This document shows, piece by piece, positions 8,931 to 19,157 of a stretch of DNA of 50,442 bases. The notes beneath the pieces are model-generated. The model was not told the DNA's origin and ran no database searches. It was given only the letters and a program-made list of their open reading frames with translations. How positions within the stretch are numbered: position 1 is the first letter of the stretch; each line of letters starts with the position of its first letter. The translations under genes were made by a program, and so were the position numbers. This DNA is from an uncultured Gemmatimonadaceae bacterium (GTDB taxonomy: Bacteria; Gemmatimonadota; Gemmatimonadetes; Gemmatimonadales; Gemmatimonadaceae): the NCBI GenBank assembly GCA_963751275.1, contig CAVVTZ010000001.1, positions 1-50,442 on the forward strand, read 5' to 3'.

Positions 8931-9788
8931 TTAGTGCGTTGCGGAAAGGCGCGCGACTATCCCCCGAGCCATCTTCGTCGCCGCGCTCGGTTCCTCTCGC
9001 AAGTACAGCCTGGGCTCAATGAGCTCAAGCTCCATGAGTCTGGGGGCGCCCGAGTCGTCCGGCGCCATATCGATCCGCGCGTACAGCGGCCGTTCCGGCA
9101 GCGCCGCGAGTGCCGACGTGCACAATGCCCCTTCGAGATCGCTCGGCTCCACGCGCGGGGCGGGCGCGTCCATCTCGAACGGCGCTGACAGCACCGCCTG
9201 CCGCTTCACGCCGTGCGTGAACTCCCCTTCGATGTGAATGAACGAGCGCTCGCCGTATCCCTCCACCGAGGAGAGGTACGGTTGCACGATCACCGTCCCG
9301 CGCGCGGCGAGCGCCGTGCAGTGCGCGCGCGCATCCGCGCGCCGGTCGCGCGTGAACCGCTTGGCCCCGTGCGCGCTCGCGCTCACCGCGGGCTTGATGA
9401 CGATCTCCCCCCAGCCGCGCGCGTCGAGCTCGTCGTCCAGCGCCGGCGCCACGCCATGCTCCACCCACAGTGTGGGTACCGTCGCCACGCCGCGCGCCGC
9501 GAGATCGCGCAGGTACGTCTTGTGTGAATTCCACTCGACCAGCGCGAACGGGTTCAGCATCGGCACGCGCGCGCTCACGCGCTTCGCCCACGCGAGGAAC
9601 TCCGGTGCGTGCAAGTGATAATCCCACACCGAGCGGATGACCACCGGGTCATCCCATGCCAGGCCGGCCGCGTTCCAGATCCGCGGTTGCGCGCGGAAGC
9701 CGAGCGGCGCGAGCGCGCGCACGAGCGGCAGATCGTCGGCGTGAAGGGCGGGGTGGTCGGCGGACGTCGCGAGGAGCACCGTGCGCAT
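8931..9788 (-). CDS. ATP-grasp protein (RimK/glutathione-synthetase-like)
   Basis: IRSVWDY, WNSHKTYL, VIKPAVSASA, VQPYL, YARIDM, LMELELIEP; ATG overlaps the upstream TGA. Confidence 0.85.
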   Translation of the reverse strand: MRTVLLATSADHPALHADDLPLVRALAPLGFRAQPRIWNAAGLAWDDPVVIRSVWDYHLHAPEFLAWAKRVSARVPMLNPFALVEWNSHKTYLRDLAARGVATVPTLWVEHGVAPALDDELDARGWGEIVIKPAVSASAHGAKRFTRDRRADARAHCTALAARGTVIVQPYLSSVEGYGERSFIHIEGEFTHGVKRQAVLSAPFEMDAPAPRVEPSDLEGALCTSALAALPERPLYARIDMAPDDSGAPRLMELELIEPRLYLREEPSAATKMARGIVARLSATH

Positions 9789-11902
9789 CACGCGGCGCCG
9801 TTCACCCCGATCCGCACGCGCGCATCCACCGCCACGCAGCGGTCGCTGAACGCGAGCAGCGGATTCGCGTCCAGCTCCTCCACCGCGGGCAGGTCCATCG
9901 CCAGCTGCGACAGCCGTCGCAGCGCATCGACCAGCGCGGGCGCGCTCACCGGCGGCTGCCCGCGCATCCCCTGCAGCATCGCCGCGCCGCGGATCCCGCC
10001 GATCATGTCCTTCGCGTCGAGGTCGCCAATGGGCGCCACGCGGAAGGACACATCGCGCAGCGCTTCCACGAAGATGCCGCCGAGCCCGAACATCACGAGC
10101 GGGCCGAACACCGGATCGCGCGTGATCCCCGCGATCAGCTCGCGGCCGCCGGTCACCATCTTCTGCAGCAGCACGCCCGTGATCGTCGCGTCCGGCACGG
10201 CGCGCTTGACGTTGGCGACGATCTCCGCGAAGCCGGCACGCGCCTCTTCCACGGAGCCGACGTCGAGCTTCACACCGCCCACGTCGCTCTTATGCACGAT
10301 GTCGGGCGACACGATCTTCATCGCGAGCGGGAAGCCGACGGTCGCGGCGCGCGCGGCCGCGTCGGCGGCGTCCTTCGCGAGCGCGGCGGGCGCCGTCGGG
10401 ATGCCGTAGGCCGCGAGGAGGTCGAGCGCCTCGATCTCGCTGAGCTTCGCGCGGCGCTCACTCACGGCGCGAGCCACGATGGCGGCGCCGCGCGCCGCGT
10501 CCACCGCGAGCGGCGACCGGTCCGGCTGCGGGCGCTCGATCCAGTCGCGGTATCGATTGAGCGCCGCGAGCGCCCGCGCCGCGCTCTCGGGGAAGATGTA
10601 CGCCGGGATCCCCGCCTGATGCAGCTCGGCCCGCCCCTGCGGCAGTCCGTCGCGCCCCATGAGCACCGCGAGCACCGGTTTCGCCGGCGCGGTGCCCGCC
10701 GCCGCGACGATCGCCTCGGCCACGTCCTCCTGGCGCACGCCGAGCGGCGGCACGAAGATCGCGACCGCGGCATCCACGCCGGGGTCGGCCAGGAGATGCG
10801 TGAGCGCCGCGCGGTACGCGCTGGGGCTCGCGGAGGCGATCATGTCGAGCGGATTGCGAATGCTGGCGTCCTCGGAGAGCAGCGGGCGGATCTTGTCCTT
10901 CGTGGCGTCGGATGGCTCGACGAGGTCGAGCTTCACCGCCTCGAGCGCGTCGGCGGCGAGGATGCCGGGGCCGCCGGAGTTCGTGACCACCACCGTGCGC
11001 CGCGAGCGCGGCAGGGGCGTGGCGCCGAAGGCCATCGCCATGTCGAACAATTCTTCCATCGTGGCGGCGCGCAGCACGCCGGCCTGCGCGAGCAGCGCGT
11101 CCACGGCCACATCGCTGGCCGCGAGCGCGCCGGTGTGCGAGGTGGCGGCGCGGGCGCCCACGCGCGAGCGGCCGGACTTCATCACGATGATCGGCTTCGT
11201 GCGCGTGATGCGGCTCGCGATCTCGAGGAAACGGTGCGGATTGCCGAAGTTCTCCGCGTACATGAGGATCACGCGCACGGCGTCGTCGTGCTCCCACTGC
11301 AGCAGGAGATCGTTGCCGCTCACGTCGGGCTTGTTGCCGATGGAGACGAACTGCGAGATGCCGATCCCGTAGTCGCGCGCATAGTCGAGCACGCTCACGC
11401 CCATTGCGCCCGACTGCGACACGAACGCGCTGGGCCCGAAGGGCGGCATTTCCGGCGCGAACGTCGCGTTCATCGAGTAGGCCGGGTCGGCATTGAGCAC
11501 GCCCAGGCAGTTCGGCCCCACCATGCGCATCCCGTGCTCGCGCACCGCGGCCACCAGCTGCCGCTCGCGCTCCGCACCCTCGGCGCCCGTCTCGCGGAAT
11601 CCAGCGGTGATCACCACGAGGCCTTTGACGTGCTTCGCGCCGCACTCGTGCACGACGCTCAGCACGTGCTGCTTCGGCACCGCGATCACCGCGAGATCGA
11701 CGGCGTCCGGGATCTCGCCGACGTTCGGATACGCCTTCATCGCGTGGATCGCCGGCGCGGTGGGATTCACGGGATACACGGCGCCCGTGAAGCCGTGGCG
11801 CACGAGATTCGAGAGGATCTGGTTCCCGATCGTGTTCGGCGAGCGGGAGGCGCCGATCACGGCGATGGTGCGGGGCTTGAGAATGGCGTCGAGGGTTGGC
11901 AT
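9788..11902 (-). CDS. Acetate--CoA ligase (ADP-forming) family protein, fused alpha/beta
   Basis: IAVIGAS, VGPNCLG, SQSGA, SIGNKPD, SHTGALA (phospho-His), TNSGGPG, NPLD, HKSDVGGV, DPVFGP, LDANP. Confidence 0.93.
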   Translation of the reverse strand: MPTLDAILKPRTIAVIGASRSPNTIGNQILSNLVRHGFTGAVYPVNPTAPAIHAMKAYPNVGEIPDAVDLAVIAVPKQHVLSVVHECGAKHVKGLVVITAGFRETGAEGAERERQLVAAVREHGMRMVGPNCLGVLNADPAYSMNATFAPEMPPFGPSAFVSQSGAMGVSVLDYARDYGIGISQFVSIGNKPDVSGNDLLLQWEHDDAVRVILMYAENFGNPHRFLEIASRITRTKPIIVMKSGRSRVGARAATSHTGALAASDVAVDALLAQAGVLRAATMEELFDMAMAFGATPLPRSRRTVVVTNSGGPGILAADALEAVKLDLVEPSDATKDKIRPLLSEDASIRNPLDMIASASPSAYRAALTHLLADPGVDAAVAIFVPPLGVRQEDVAEAIVAAAGTAPAKPVLAVLMGRDGLPQGRAELHQAGIPAYIFPESAARALAALNRYRDWIERPQPDRSPLAVDAARGAAIVARAVSERRAKLSEIEALDLLAAYGIPTAPAALAKDAADAAARAATVGFPLAMKIVSPDIVHKSDVGGVKLDVGSVEEARAGFAEIVANVKRAVPDATITGVLLQKMVTGGRELIAGITRDPVFGPLVMFGLGGIFVEALRDVSFRVAPIGDLDAKDMIGGIRGAAMLQGMRGQPPVSAPALVDALRRLSQLAMDLPAVEELDANPLLAFSDRCVAVDARVRIGVNGAA

Positions 11903-11950
11903 TGAGAGTGAAATCAAAGCGATGCGGGCGTTCGCGCCAGGTCGATGCGA

Positions 11951-12464
11951 GACCCGAACTCCGTTGGTCGAACCTCGAAGGGCGTCATTGGTCACCCGAA
12001 CTCCGTACTTGGTCCCGAGGCGTGAGGCGTGCGAGGAACGGATCATGAGGCGTGAGGCGAAACCCGAACGCCGTGAGGCGTGCGGCGTGCGACGAACGGA
12101 TCATGAGGCGTGAGGCGAAACCCGAACGCCGTGAGGCGTGCGGCGTGCGACGAACGGATCATGAGGCGTGAGGCGAAACCCGAACGCCGTGAGGCGTGCG
12201 CTTGATACGCCTCACGGCGTTCGGGTCGCGCCTCACGTCGTGCAATCCGTTCGTCGCACGCCTCCCGCCTCACGGCGTTGGGGTCGCGCCTCACGCCGTA
12301 CAATCCGTTCGTCGCACGCCTCCCGCCTCACGGCGTTCGGGTCGCGCCTCACGCCGTACAATCCGTTCGTCGCACGCCTCCCGCCTCACGGCGTTGGGGG
12401 GACCAAGTACGGAGTTCGGGTGACCAATGACGCAGGTCGACGTTCGACCAACGCAGTTCGCGTC
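11951..12464. repeat. Family A giant palindrome, copy A4, with three 58-bp tandem units per arm
   Basis: Left unit gaacggatcatgaggcgtgaggcgaaacccgaacgccgtgaggcgtgcggcgtgcgac about x3, an inverted variant x3 on the right, family A termini, centre near 12203. Confidence 0.95.
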
Positions 12465-12560
12465 CTGCGTAGGTCTTTCTCCGACTCGCCGTGGATGTTT
12501 CCCGACACACGAACCAGGTGATTTCAGGCACTATGGAATCGACCCCAGCAGGAGTCGATC

Positions 12561-13862
12561 ATGGTCACCAGCCTCTTCCCCGACACCCTCCCTGCGACGG
12601 AGACGAAGGTCCCCGCGCCCGGATCGATCCTTATCGCCACCGACGGCACCGATGCTTCCGATGGCGCGTTCGCCGTCGCCGCGCGCCTCGCGAAGCAGCG
12701 TGGCGCCGACGTCACGGTGCTCGCCGTGCTCGAACCGATGCCCGTGTTCGGTCACGACCTCTCGCTCCCCGTGTGGGCGAAGGACGTGAACGCCACGCGC
12801 CACGATGCGCTCGCGGTTCGCGCCAAACAGCAAATGCGCGCGCAGGCGGCGCTCGGCTGGAGCTTGGACGTCCGCGAGGGACCGCCTGCCGTCGAGATCG
12901 CGCGCGCGGCGCGCGAACATGACGTGTCGCTCATCGTCCTCGGCATCGGCGACCACACCCTCCGCGACCGGCTCTTCGGCGACGAGACCGCGCTGCAGGT
13001 GCTGCGCCTCACCGACACCCCCGTGCTCGCGGTGACGAAGGAGTACGACGCGCTGCCGCACCGCGTGATCCTCGCGACCGATTTCAGCGAAGCGAGCATC
13101 CGCGCTGTGCGCGCGGCGCTGCCGATGATCAGCGAGACCGCGACCATTTATCTCGCGCACGTCGTGCCGCGCTACGCGGCGCTCGAGGGCATCTCGGGAT
13201 TCGAACCAGCCGGCGTTCGCCAACAGCCTCGGCGCGGAATTCCATCACCTGCGCGCCGCGCTGAACATCCCGGCCACGATGACCGTCGAGACGATCACGC
13301 TGCGGGGCGACCCGTCGCGCGAGCTGCTCGGTCTCGCCAAAGCGTCGAAGGCCGATCTCATCGTGTGCGGCACGCACGGCCAGGGTTTCATCTCGCGCAT
13401 GTTGCTCGGCTCGGTGGCCACGACGCTGGTGCGCGGTTCGCCGTGCCCCCTGCTCGTGGTGCCGCAGCCGCGCATCACGCCTACGGAGCGCCGGAGCGGC
13501 GACCGCCGGGCGCCCGTCGGGACGCGCGCGATCGAACTGCCGAAGTCCGAGTGGCCGGCCCGCCTCAAGACCTTCACCGAGCGGAACGCGGGCCGCCATT
13601 GCCGCATCGAAGTGGATGATCCCGCGATCGGATCGCAGGCGCAGGCCTTCGACTATCCGCTGCGCGGCGTCGCCTTCGACCGCCGCGACGATCGCCTCGA
13701 GATCATGCTGGGCGATTCCTCCGGCGCGCTGCATCTGTCGCGGGGGATCTCCGGCGTGACATCACTGTCGCTCGTCGTGGACGAAGGAGGCCGCGACAGA
13801 CTGCTCAGGATCTCCTACGCCGACGGTCAAACGCTCCTGTTCGTCGAGCTGTGGGGCGATAA
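12561..13862 (+). CDS. Universal stress protein (two USP domains) with C-terminal DUF5335-like domain; frameshift near 13215, 3' end approximate
   Basis: ILIATDGT, LIVLGIG..RLFGDET, VILATDFS, GDPSRELL..ADLIVCGTHG..LLGSVA..PCPLLVVP, then EWPARLKTFTERN..PLRGVAFD. Confidence 0.85.
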
Positions 13863-13895
13863 AGGACAAGCCGTCGAAGAACTAGTCGGTCGTCG

Positions 13896-13978
13896 AACTG
13901 GAGTCGTTGGTCGTACGCGTTTAGAACGGCGGCTCTTGGGGTCGCCGTTCCAAACGCGTACGACCCACGACTGTAGTT
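13896..13978. repeat. Family E palindrome between convergent genes
   Basis: ggagtcgttggtcgtacgcgtttagaacggcggc / gtcgccgttccaaacgcgtacgacccacgact. Confidence 0.8.
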
Positions 13979-13979
13979 C

Positions 13980-15230
13980 TCATCGATTCATGAACACGAT
14001 CCCCGCCACGCTCGCCGCGCCCAGGGCGGCGAGGCCGAGGCCGGCCGTTCTCCGCAGCGCCGGCGAACCGAGGATCAGCGCGAGCGACGTCTTCAAGACC
14101 GTATTCGCCACGACGCCCACCGCGATCGCGAGCGCGGCGAGTTCCGCTTGACCCACTGCGCCCAGGCGGGTCATGGACACCGTGAGCGCGTCCATGTCCG
14201 TGAGGCCGAGCAATGCGGCCGAGCCCAGGAGTTCCATTCGCCCCCAATGCTCGCGCACGTACGCCACCGCCCAGAGCGAGAGCTGGAAGGCGATGGTCAT
14301 CTGCAGCGCGGAGGCGAGACGGAGCGGGCTCTGCGATCCGTCGGCCGGCTCGCCGGAGGGCCGCGGATGATCCCGTGAGATCGCGATCGCCACGATCACG
14401 CCACCCACGATGAGCGGCGGTACCAGATAGGGGAGCAGCGCTTCCGCCACCGTGGCGTCGAGGATCGATGTGACCACGATCAGACGCAGCAGCAGCACCG
14501 TGCAGGCGCCGATGATCCCGAGCGCGAGCGGCGTGCTCACGGCCGGCTCGGTGCGTGACCGGCGTGAGAAGAGCAGCGCCACCAACGTCGACGAGATGAT
14601 CCCGCCGATCATGCCGGCCGCGATGTAGCCGCGCTGCGGACCGAGCGCGCGCTGCGCGAGGTAGCCCGCGAAGTTGAGGCCGGTGAACAGCAGCACCATG
14701 ATCCAGAGCGCGCGCGGCTGCACGCCCCCGAACGACGCGTCCGGCAGCAGCGGCAGGATCACCAGCGACATGACGGCGAACTGCAGCGCCGAGCGCAGTT
14801 CGCGCTCGCCGATGTGCTTCACGAGCGCGTGCAGGCGCGCCTTCTCCGCGAGCGCGAGGACGATGACCGCCGTCGCTCCACTGGCGAGCGCCAGTTCGCC
14901 GAGTCCGGCCACCGTGCCGAGTGCGAGCACCAGCAGCGCGGCCGCTTCGGTGGTGCCGTCCACGCTCAAGGGACCGCGGCGGGCCGCGAGCGCGTACGCC
15001 GCCACGGCCAGCGCGGCGCCGCCGGCGAGCAGCACCACCGCCAGCGGCACGAGGGTCACCAAGGTCAGCCAGCCGCTCACGCCGCCGAGCAATCCGAGCA
15101 GGAGGAACGTCCGGACGCCGGCGAATCGGGCATCCGGTCCTTCCGTATGGCCGGACCATTCCCGTTCGATGCCCACCGCGAGGCCGGAAAGGGCGGCGAC
15201 GGCGAGGTTCAGTGCGGCCTGGGGAATCAT
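13980..15230 (-). CDS. MgtC/SapB + DUF4010 membrane protein
   Basis: GLAVGIERE, AGVRTF, GTTEAA, ILPLLPD, GGIISST, GLTDMDA, ANTVLK. Confidence 0.9.
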   Translation of the reverse strand: MIPQAALNLAVAALSGLAVGIEREWSGHTEGPDARFAGVRTFLLLGLLGGVSGWLTLVTLVPLAVVLLAGGAALAVAAYALAARRGPLSVDGTTEAAALLVLALGTVAGLGELALASGATAVIVLALAEKARLHALVKHIGERELRSALQFAVMSLVILPLLPDASFGGVQPRALWIMVLLFTGLNFAGYLAQRALGPQRGYIAAGMIGGIISSTLVALLFSRRSRTEPAVSTPLALGIIGACTVLLLRLIVVTSILDATVAEALLPYLVPPLIVGGVIVAIAISRDHPRPSGEPADGSQSPLRLASALQMTIAFQLSLWAVAYVREHWGRMELLGSAALLGLTDMDALTVSMTRLGAVGQAELAALAIAVGVVANTVLKTSLALILGSPALRRTAGLGLAALGAASVAGIVFMNR

Positions 15231-15359
15231 GATCGAAGTATGGCGCCGGGCGCGGCGATGGGTAACCGCGATCCCGGCGCGCCGCGGCCGATAAGCGCCT
15301 ACAACGGACGCGGCGAAACTCCGACACGATGAGAAGGGTTCTCGCCACATCATTCAGGC

Positions 15360-17205
15360 ATGCGGATATCCTGGAGAATCACGGCGCTGCCGGCCTTCGC
15401 GTTGCTGGGGATCGTCGGCGGCATCGCGCTCCGGCTCGCGGGCGCGCCGGACGCGGCGCACCTGGTATGGATGGCGGCGCTCGTGATCGGCGGACTCCCG
15501 GTGATCTGGCGCACGATCTACCAGGCGACGCGCGGGCACTTCGCCACCGACCTGGTCGCGGCGCTCGCCATCATCACGGCGGTCGCGCTCCGGCAGCCGG
15601 TGGCGGGGCTCGTGATCGTGCTGATGCAGACGGGCGGCGAGGCGCTCGAGCGCTTCGCTGAGGGGCGCGCGAGCGGCGCGATCCGCGCATTGATCGCGGC
15701 GGCGCCCACGCTCGCGCACCGGCTGACGGGGGAACGCATTGAGGATGTGCGCGCGGACGACGTGAACGTCGGCGACCTGCTGCTGTTGCGCGGCGGCGAA
15801 CTGCTGGCGTGCGACGCCGTGGTGGTGGACGGGCACTCGGAACTCGATGTCTCCCGCCTCACCGGCGAGCCGCTCCCGCTCTCCGCCGGGCCGGGCACCC
15901 CGCTGATGAGCGGCAGCGCCAACGGGCAGGGCGTGCTCACGGTGCGCGCGACGGCGCGCGCCGGTGAGAGCCAGTATGCGCGCATCGTCGAGCTCGTCCG
16001 GTCGGCGCAGTCGAGCAAGGCGCCGCTCCAGCGTATCGCCGACCGGTATGCGGTGTGGTTCACGCCGGCCACGCTCGTCGTGTGCGCGGCGGCGTACGCG
16101 CTCACGCGCGACTGGACGCGCGTGCTCGCGGTGCTGGTCGTGGCCACGCCCTGTCCGCTGATCCTCGCGACACCGATCGCGATCCTCGGCGGGATCAATC
16201 GCGCCGCGCGGCGCCACATCATCGTGCGGAACGGCGGTGCGCTCGAGAGCATGGAGGCGGTCCATACGGCGGTGTTCGACAAGACGGGGACACTGACGGT
16301 CGGCCGGCCGGAAGTGTCGCGCGTGCTGGCCGCGCCGGGCTTCGCGGAGGGGGACGTGCTGCGGCTCGCGGCCGCGGTGGAACGCGGTTCGAGCCACGTG
16401 CTCGCGCAGACCGTGATCGAGGCGGCGGAAGCGCGGACGCTCGTCATTCCGCCCGCGCGTCACGTGCGCGAGGCGCCGGGGCGGGGGATCATCGGGGAGG
16501 CCGAGCGGCGGGCCGTGGCCGTGGGCGCCCGGGCGTTCCTCATCGAGCGGTACCAGATCGCGCCGGCGGCTTTCGACGCACTCGAGGACGGCGACGCGCG
16601 GCTGCGCGCCTACGTGGTCATCGATGGCGTGGCCGCGGGGGCGATCGAGTACGCCGACCGCGTGCGTCCGGGACTCGAGGCGCTATTCGCGGACCTCGAG
16701 ACACTGGGCGTGCGCCGCACCGTGCTCTTGTCGGGCGATCACTCGCCGAACGTGGAGGCGGTCGCGCGGGCCGTGGGGATCCGTGAGGCGCACGGCGACC
16801 TGTTGCCCGAGGACAAGGTGCGCCTGGTGAAGGCGCTCGCATCCGGCGGCGAGCATGTGTTGATGGTGGGAGACGGCACCAACGACGCGCCGGCGCTGGG
16901 GAGCGCCACCGTGGGGATCGCGCTCGCCGCGCACGGCGGCGGGATCACGGCGGAGGCGGCCGATGTGGTGATCCTCGCGGACGATCTGGGCCGGGTGCCC
17001 GAGGCGCTGCGGATCGCGCGGCGCGCGATGCGGATCGCGCGCGAGAGCATTCTGGGTGGGGCTGGGGTTGTCGACCGTGGCGATGCTGTTCGCGGCGATG
17101 GGGATGATCCCGCCGATCGTGGGGGCGGTGCTGCAGGAGGGGATCGATGTGGCGGTGATCCTGAATGCGCTGAGAGCGGGTACCGAGGCTCGCGGGGGGC
17201 GCTGA
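15360..17205 (+). CDS. Heavy-metal P1B-type ATPase (PCP/QExxD, P1B-5-like); frameshift near 17055
   Basis: LTGEP, ATPCPL, FDKTGTLT, SSHVLA, SGD, MVGDGTNDAPAL; the shifted frame gives GAVLQEGIDVAVILNALRA, stop 17203-17205. Confidence 0.92.
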
Positions 17206-17219
17206 GGCGGGCCGGTCAC

Positions 17220-17351
17220 AGGCACGGCCGGCATTCGGGACGCGGGACGCGGGATGCGCCACGGGATGCGCTAACGACGGTGTGCTCCTCGGCTGTTCTC
17301 GCGTCCCGCGGCGAGTCCCGAGTCCCGCGTCCCGAACACCGGCCGTGCTTG
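17220..17351. repeat. Family D heptamer palindrome, copy D2
   Basis: (gggacgc)n arms around the loop ctaacgacggtgtgctcctcggctgttctc. Confidence 0.9.
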
Positions 17352-17397
17352 GGGTGGACCGTGCGCTTCACTCTTGAATCGCCACGGAGCCGCGGTG

Positions 17398-17853
17398 TCA
17401 GTGCGTCATGCCGCCCGCATGATGCTCGTGCCGCTGGAACATCAGGAATTCATGGATCGCCGCGACGGCGGCCGGATCCGAACTCGTGATGAGTAGTTCC
17501 GCGCCCCGCGGCAGATCCTTCACGGTGTAGTTGATCTCGTCGCGCTTTGCCGCCATCACGCCCGTGCCGCTCACGCTCTGTGCGTGCACGAACTCGGGCG
17601 AGCTGAAGTCTCCCGCCTTGAAGGCCTTGGCGATCGTCGCGAAGTGCGCCCTGATCGCGGCGGTGCCGGCCGAGTCGGTGCTGTCGCGCTGGAGTTCGAT
17701 GCGGCCGCCATTCGGCAGATCGTCGAACACATGGGTGGAGGTGTACTGATCGACGCCCATGGCGGTCTTGCCGCGCGCTTGCATGGAGTCGAAGCCGTTC
17801 TGTGCAGCGAGCGAGCTGGCGAATGTGAGGGCGAGCAGGGCTGCGAGGCGCAT
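17398..17853 (-). CDS. Secreted hypothetical protein with His-rich C-terminus
   Basis: Signal peptide MRLAALLALTFASSLAA; MGVDQYTSTHVFDDLPNGGRIEL, AIHEFLMFQRHEHHAGGMTH. Confidence 0.8.
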   Translation of the reverse strand: MRLAALLALTFASSLAAQNGFDSMQARGKTAMGVDQYTSTHVFDDLPNGGRIELQRDSTDSAGTAAIRAHFATIAKAFKAGDFSSPEFVHAQSVSGTGVMAAKRDEINYTVKDLPRGAELLITSSDPAAVAAIHEFLMFQRHEHHAGGMTH

Positions 17854-17909
17854 GCGACTCACGGAGAGAGGGTTCGGTAGAGTGTCACATCCTGAGACAC
17901 CGGAGCGGG

Positions 17910-18045
17910 CCAAAGGGTGTTCGCGTTCGGGACGCGGGACGCGGGACGCGCCGCGGGACGCGCTAACGACAGAGTGCCCCTCGGCTGTTCTCGCATCCCG
18001 CGGCGCGTCCCGCGTCCCGCGTCCCGAACGACGGGCGTGCTTGGG
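17910..18045. repeat. Family D heptamer palindrome, copy D3 (near-identical to D2, same orientation)
   Basis: (gggacgc)n arms around ctaacgacagagtgcccctcggctgttctc; shares the 3' flank cgtgcttggg with D2. Confidence 0.9.
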
Positions 18046-18065
18046 CTCGCAAATGCCTCGCTGTC

Positions 18066-18090
18066 ACTTCACATTACAAAGTACTTGACA
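18066..18090 (+). promoter_or_regulatory. Candidate operator ACTTcaNNNNNCAAAGT next to a TTGACA -35 box
   Basis: acttcacattacaaagt (18066-18082) then acTTGACA (-35 at 18085-18090); matches the perfect palindrome at 19168. Confidence 0.55.
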
Positions 18091-18121
18091 ATTGATCGAG
18101 AACGGACCCTATTCATCACGC

Positions 18122-18709
18122 ATGTCGCGGTCCCACCTCAGCCTGCACGAGAAAGCCACCTCCGATCTCGCGTTCATCCGCGAGACCATGGAAGCGGCAT
18201 CCGGCTTCACCGCCATTTCCGGCTGGGGCCAGGCGGCGGTCGGCGGCGTCGGGATCGTCGCGGGCCTCGTCGCCGGCGCGGTGCCGGCGGGCCGGCCGTG
18301 GCTCACGGTCTGGATCACCGCCGCCGTCGCCGGCGCCGCGATCGGCAGCGGCGCCACGCTCCTCAAGACGCGCCGCGCCGGCAAGGCCGCGCTCAATCCC
18401 GCGATCCGCAAGTTCGTCCTCGCTTTCGCCCCGGCGATCGTGGCCGGCGCCATCCTCACGGTCGCCATCGTCGCCAACGCCGCGTGGTCGCTCCTCCCCG
18501 CGGCGTGGCTCGTCTGCTACGGCGCCGGCGTCATGGCCGGCGGCGTCTTCTCCGTGCGCGCGGTGCCGGTGATGGGCGCCTGCTTCCTCGCCCTCGGCGT
18601 CGCCGCCATCGCCTCGCCCGACTGGCTCGGCAACACCTACCTCATCGCCGGCTTCGGCGGACTCAATCTGCTCTTCGGACTCTTCATCGCGGTGCGCCAC
18701 GGTGGCTAA
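18122..18709 (+). CDS. Hypothetical integral membrane protein
   Basis: [18 protein letters not shown], about 6 TM segments, [18 protein letters not shown] overlap with the next gene. Confidence 0.85.
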   Translation: MSRSHLSLHEKATSDLAFIRETMEAASGFTAISGWGQAAVGGVGIVAGLVAGAVPAGRPWLTVWITAAVAGAAIGSGATLLKTRRAGKAALNPAIRKFVLAFAPAIVAGAILTVAIVANAAWSLLPAAWLVCYGAGVMAGGVFSVRAVPVMGACFLALGVAAIASPDWLGNTYLIAGFGGLNLLFGLFIAVRHGG

Positions 18710-19086
18710 GTCCAACAGCGCCCGCCGCGCCGCCGCCGCCGCCGACCATTCGCGCGCCCTGCGCGCCGTCGCCGGCAAGGCCGCCGCCTCCGAACCGCTG
18801 AAGCTCGACGAGCTCATCGACCACCGCCTCCGCCTCGGCATGGTGAGCGCCCTCGCCGCGAATGACACCTTGAGCTTTACCGAATTGCGCGACCTGCTCA
18901 AGACCACCGACGGCAACCTGAGCGTCCATGCGAGAAAGCTCGAGGACGCGAAGTACGTCCACGTCACGAAACGCTTCGAATCCCGCCGCCCCCGTACCGA
19001 CTACAAACTGACCGCCGCCGGCCGTTCAGCACTCCATTCGATACTTGTCCCACATGGAGTCCCTGATCGCCAGCATGCGCCCCTAG
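18702..19086 (+). CDS. Winged-helix transcriptional regulator (HTH_34 type); frameshift near 19038
   Basis: [58 protein letters not shown]; the shifted frame ends [14 protein letters not shown]. Confidence 0.88.
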
Positions 19087-19087
19087 C

Positions 19088-19134
19088 GGCAGTTCTCGCG
19101 TCCCGCGGCGATTCCCGAATCCCGAATCCCGAAC
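19088..19134. repeat. Family D half-element, copy D4
   Basis: gttctcgcgtcccgcggcgattcccgaatcccgaatcccgaac, matching the right arm of D2/D3. Confidence 0.8.
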
Positions 19135-19157
19135 GCAACTATTCTGAGGCTCTCCTC

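Noticed and set aside
9656..11905. Long antisense/alternate-frame ORFs (e.g. 9656..11905, 2149..3684, 34962..36779, 37671..39557)
   Set aside because: Arg/Ala/Gly-rich shadow ORFs expected opposite real genes in high-GC DNA; no recognisable motifs.
11951..12464. CRISPR array
   Set aside because: The 58-bp units are contiguous with no unique spacers, half are inverted, and no cas genes are present.
12469..12506. NarL/DosR-like boxes (gtagg-N7-ccgac and similar near 15310)
   Set aside because: Matches are short and degenerate in GC-rich DNA and cannot be supported without comparative motif analysis.
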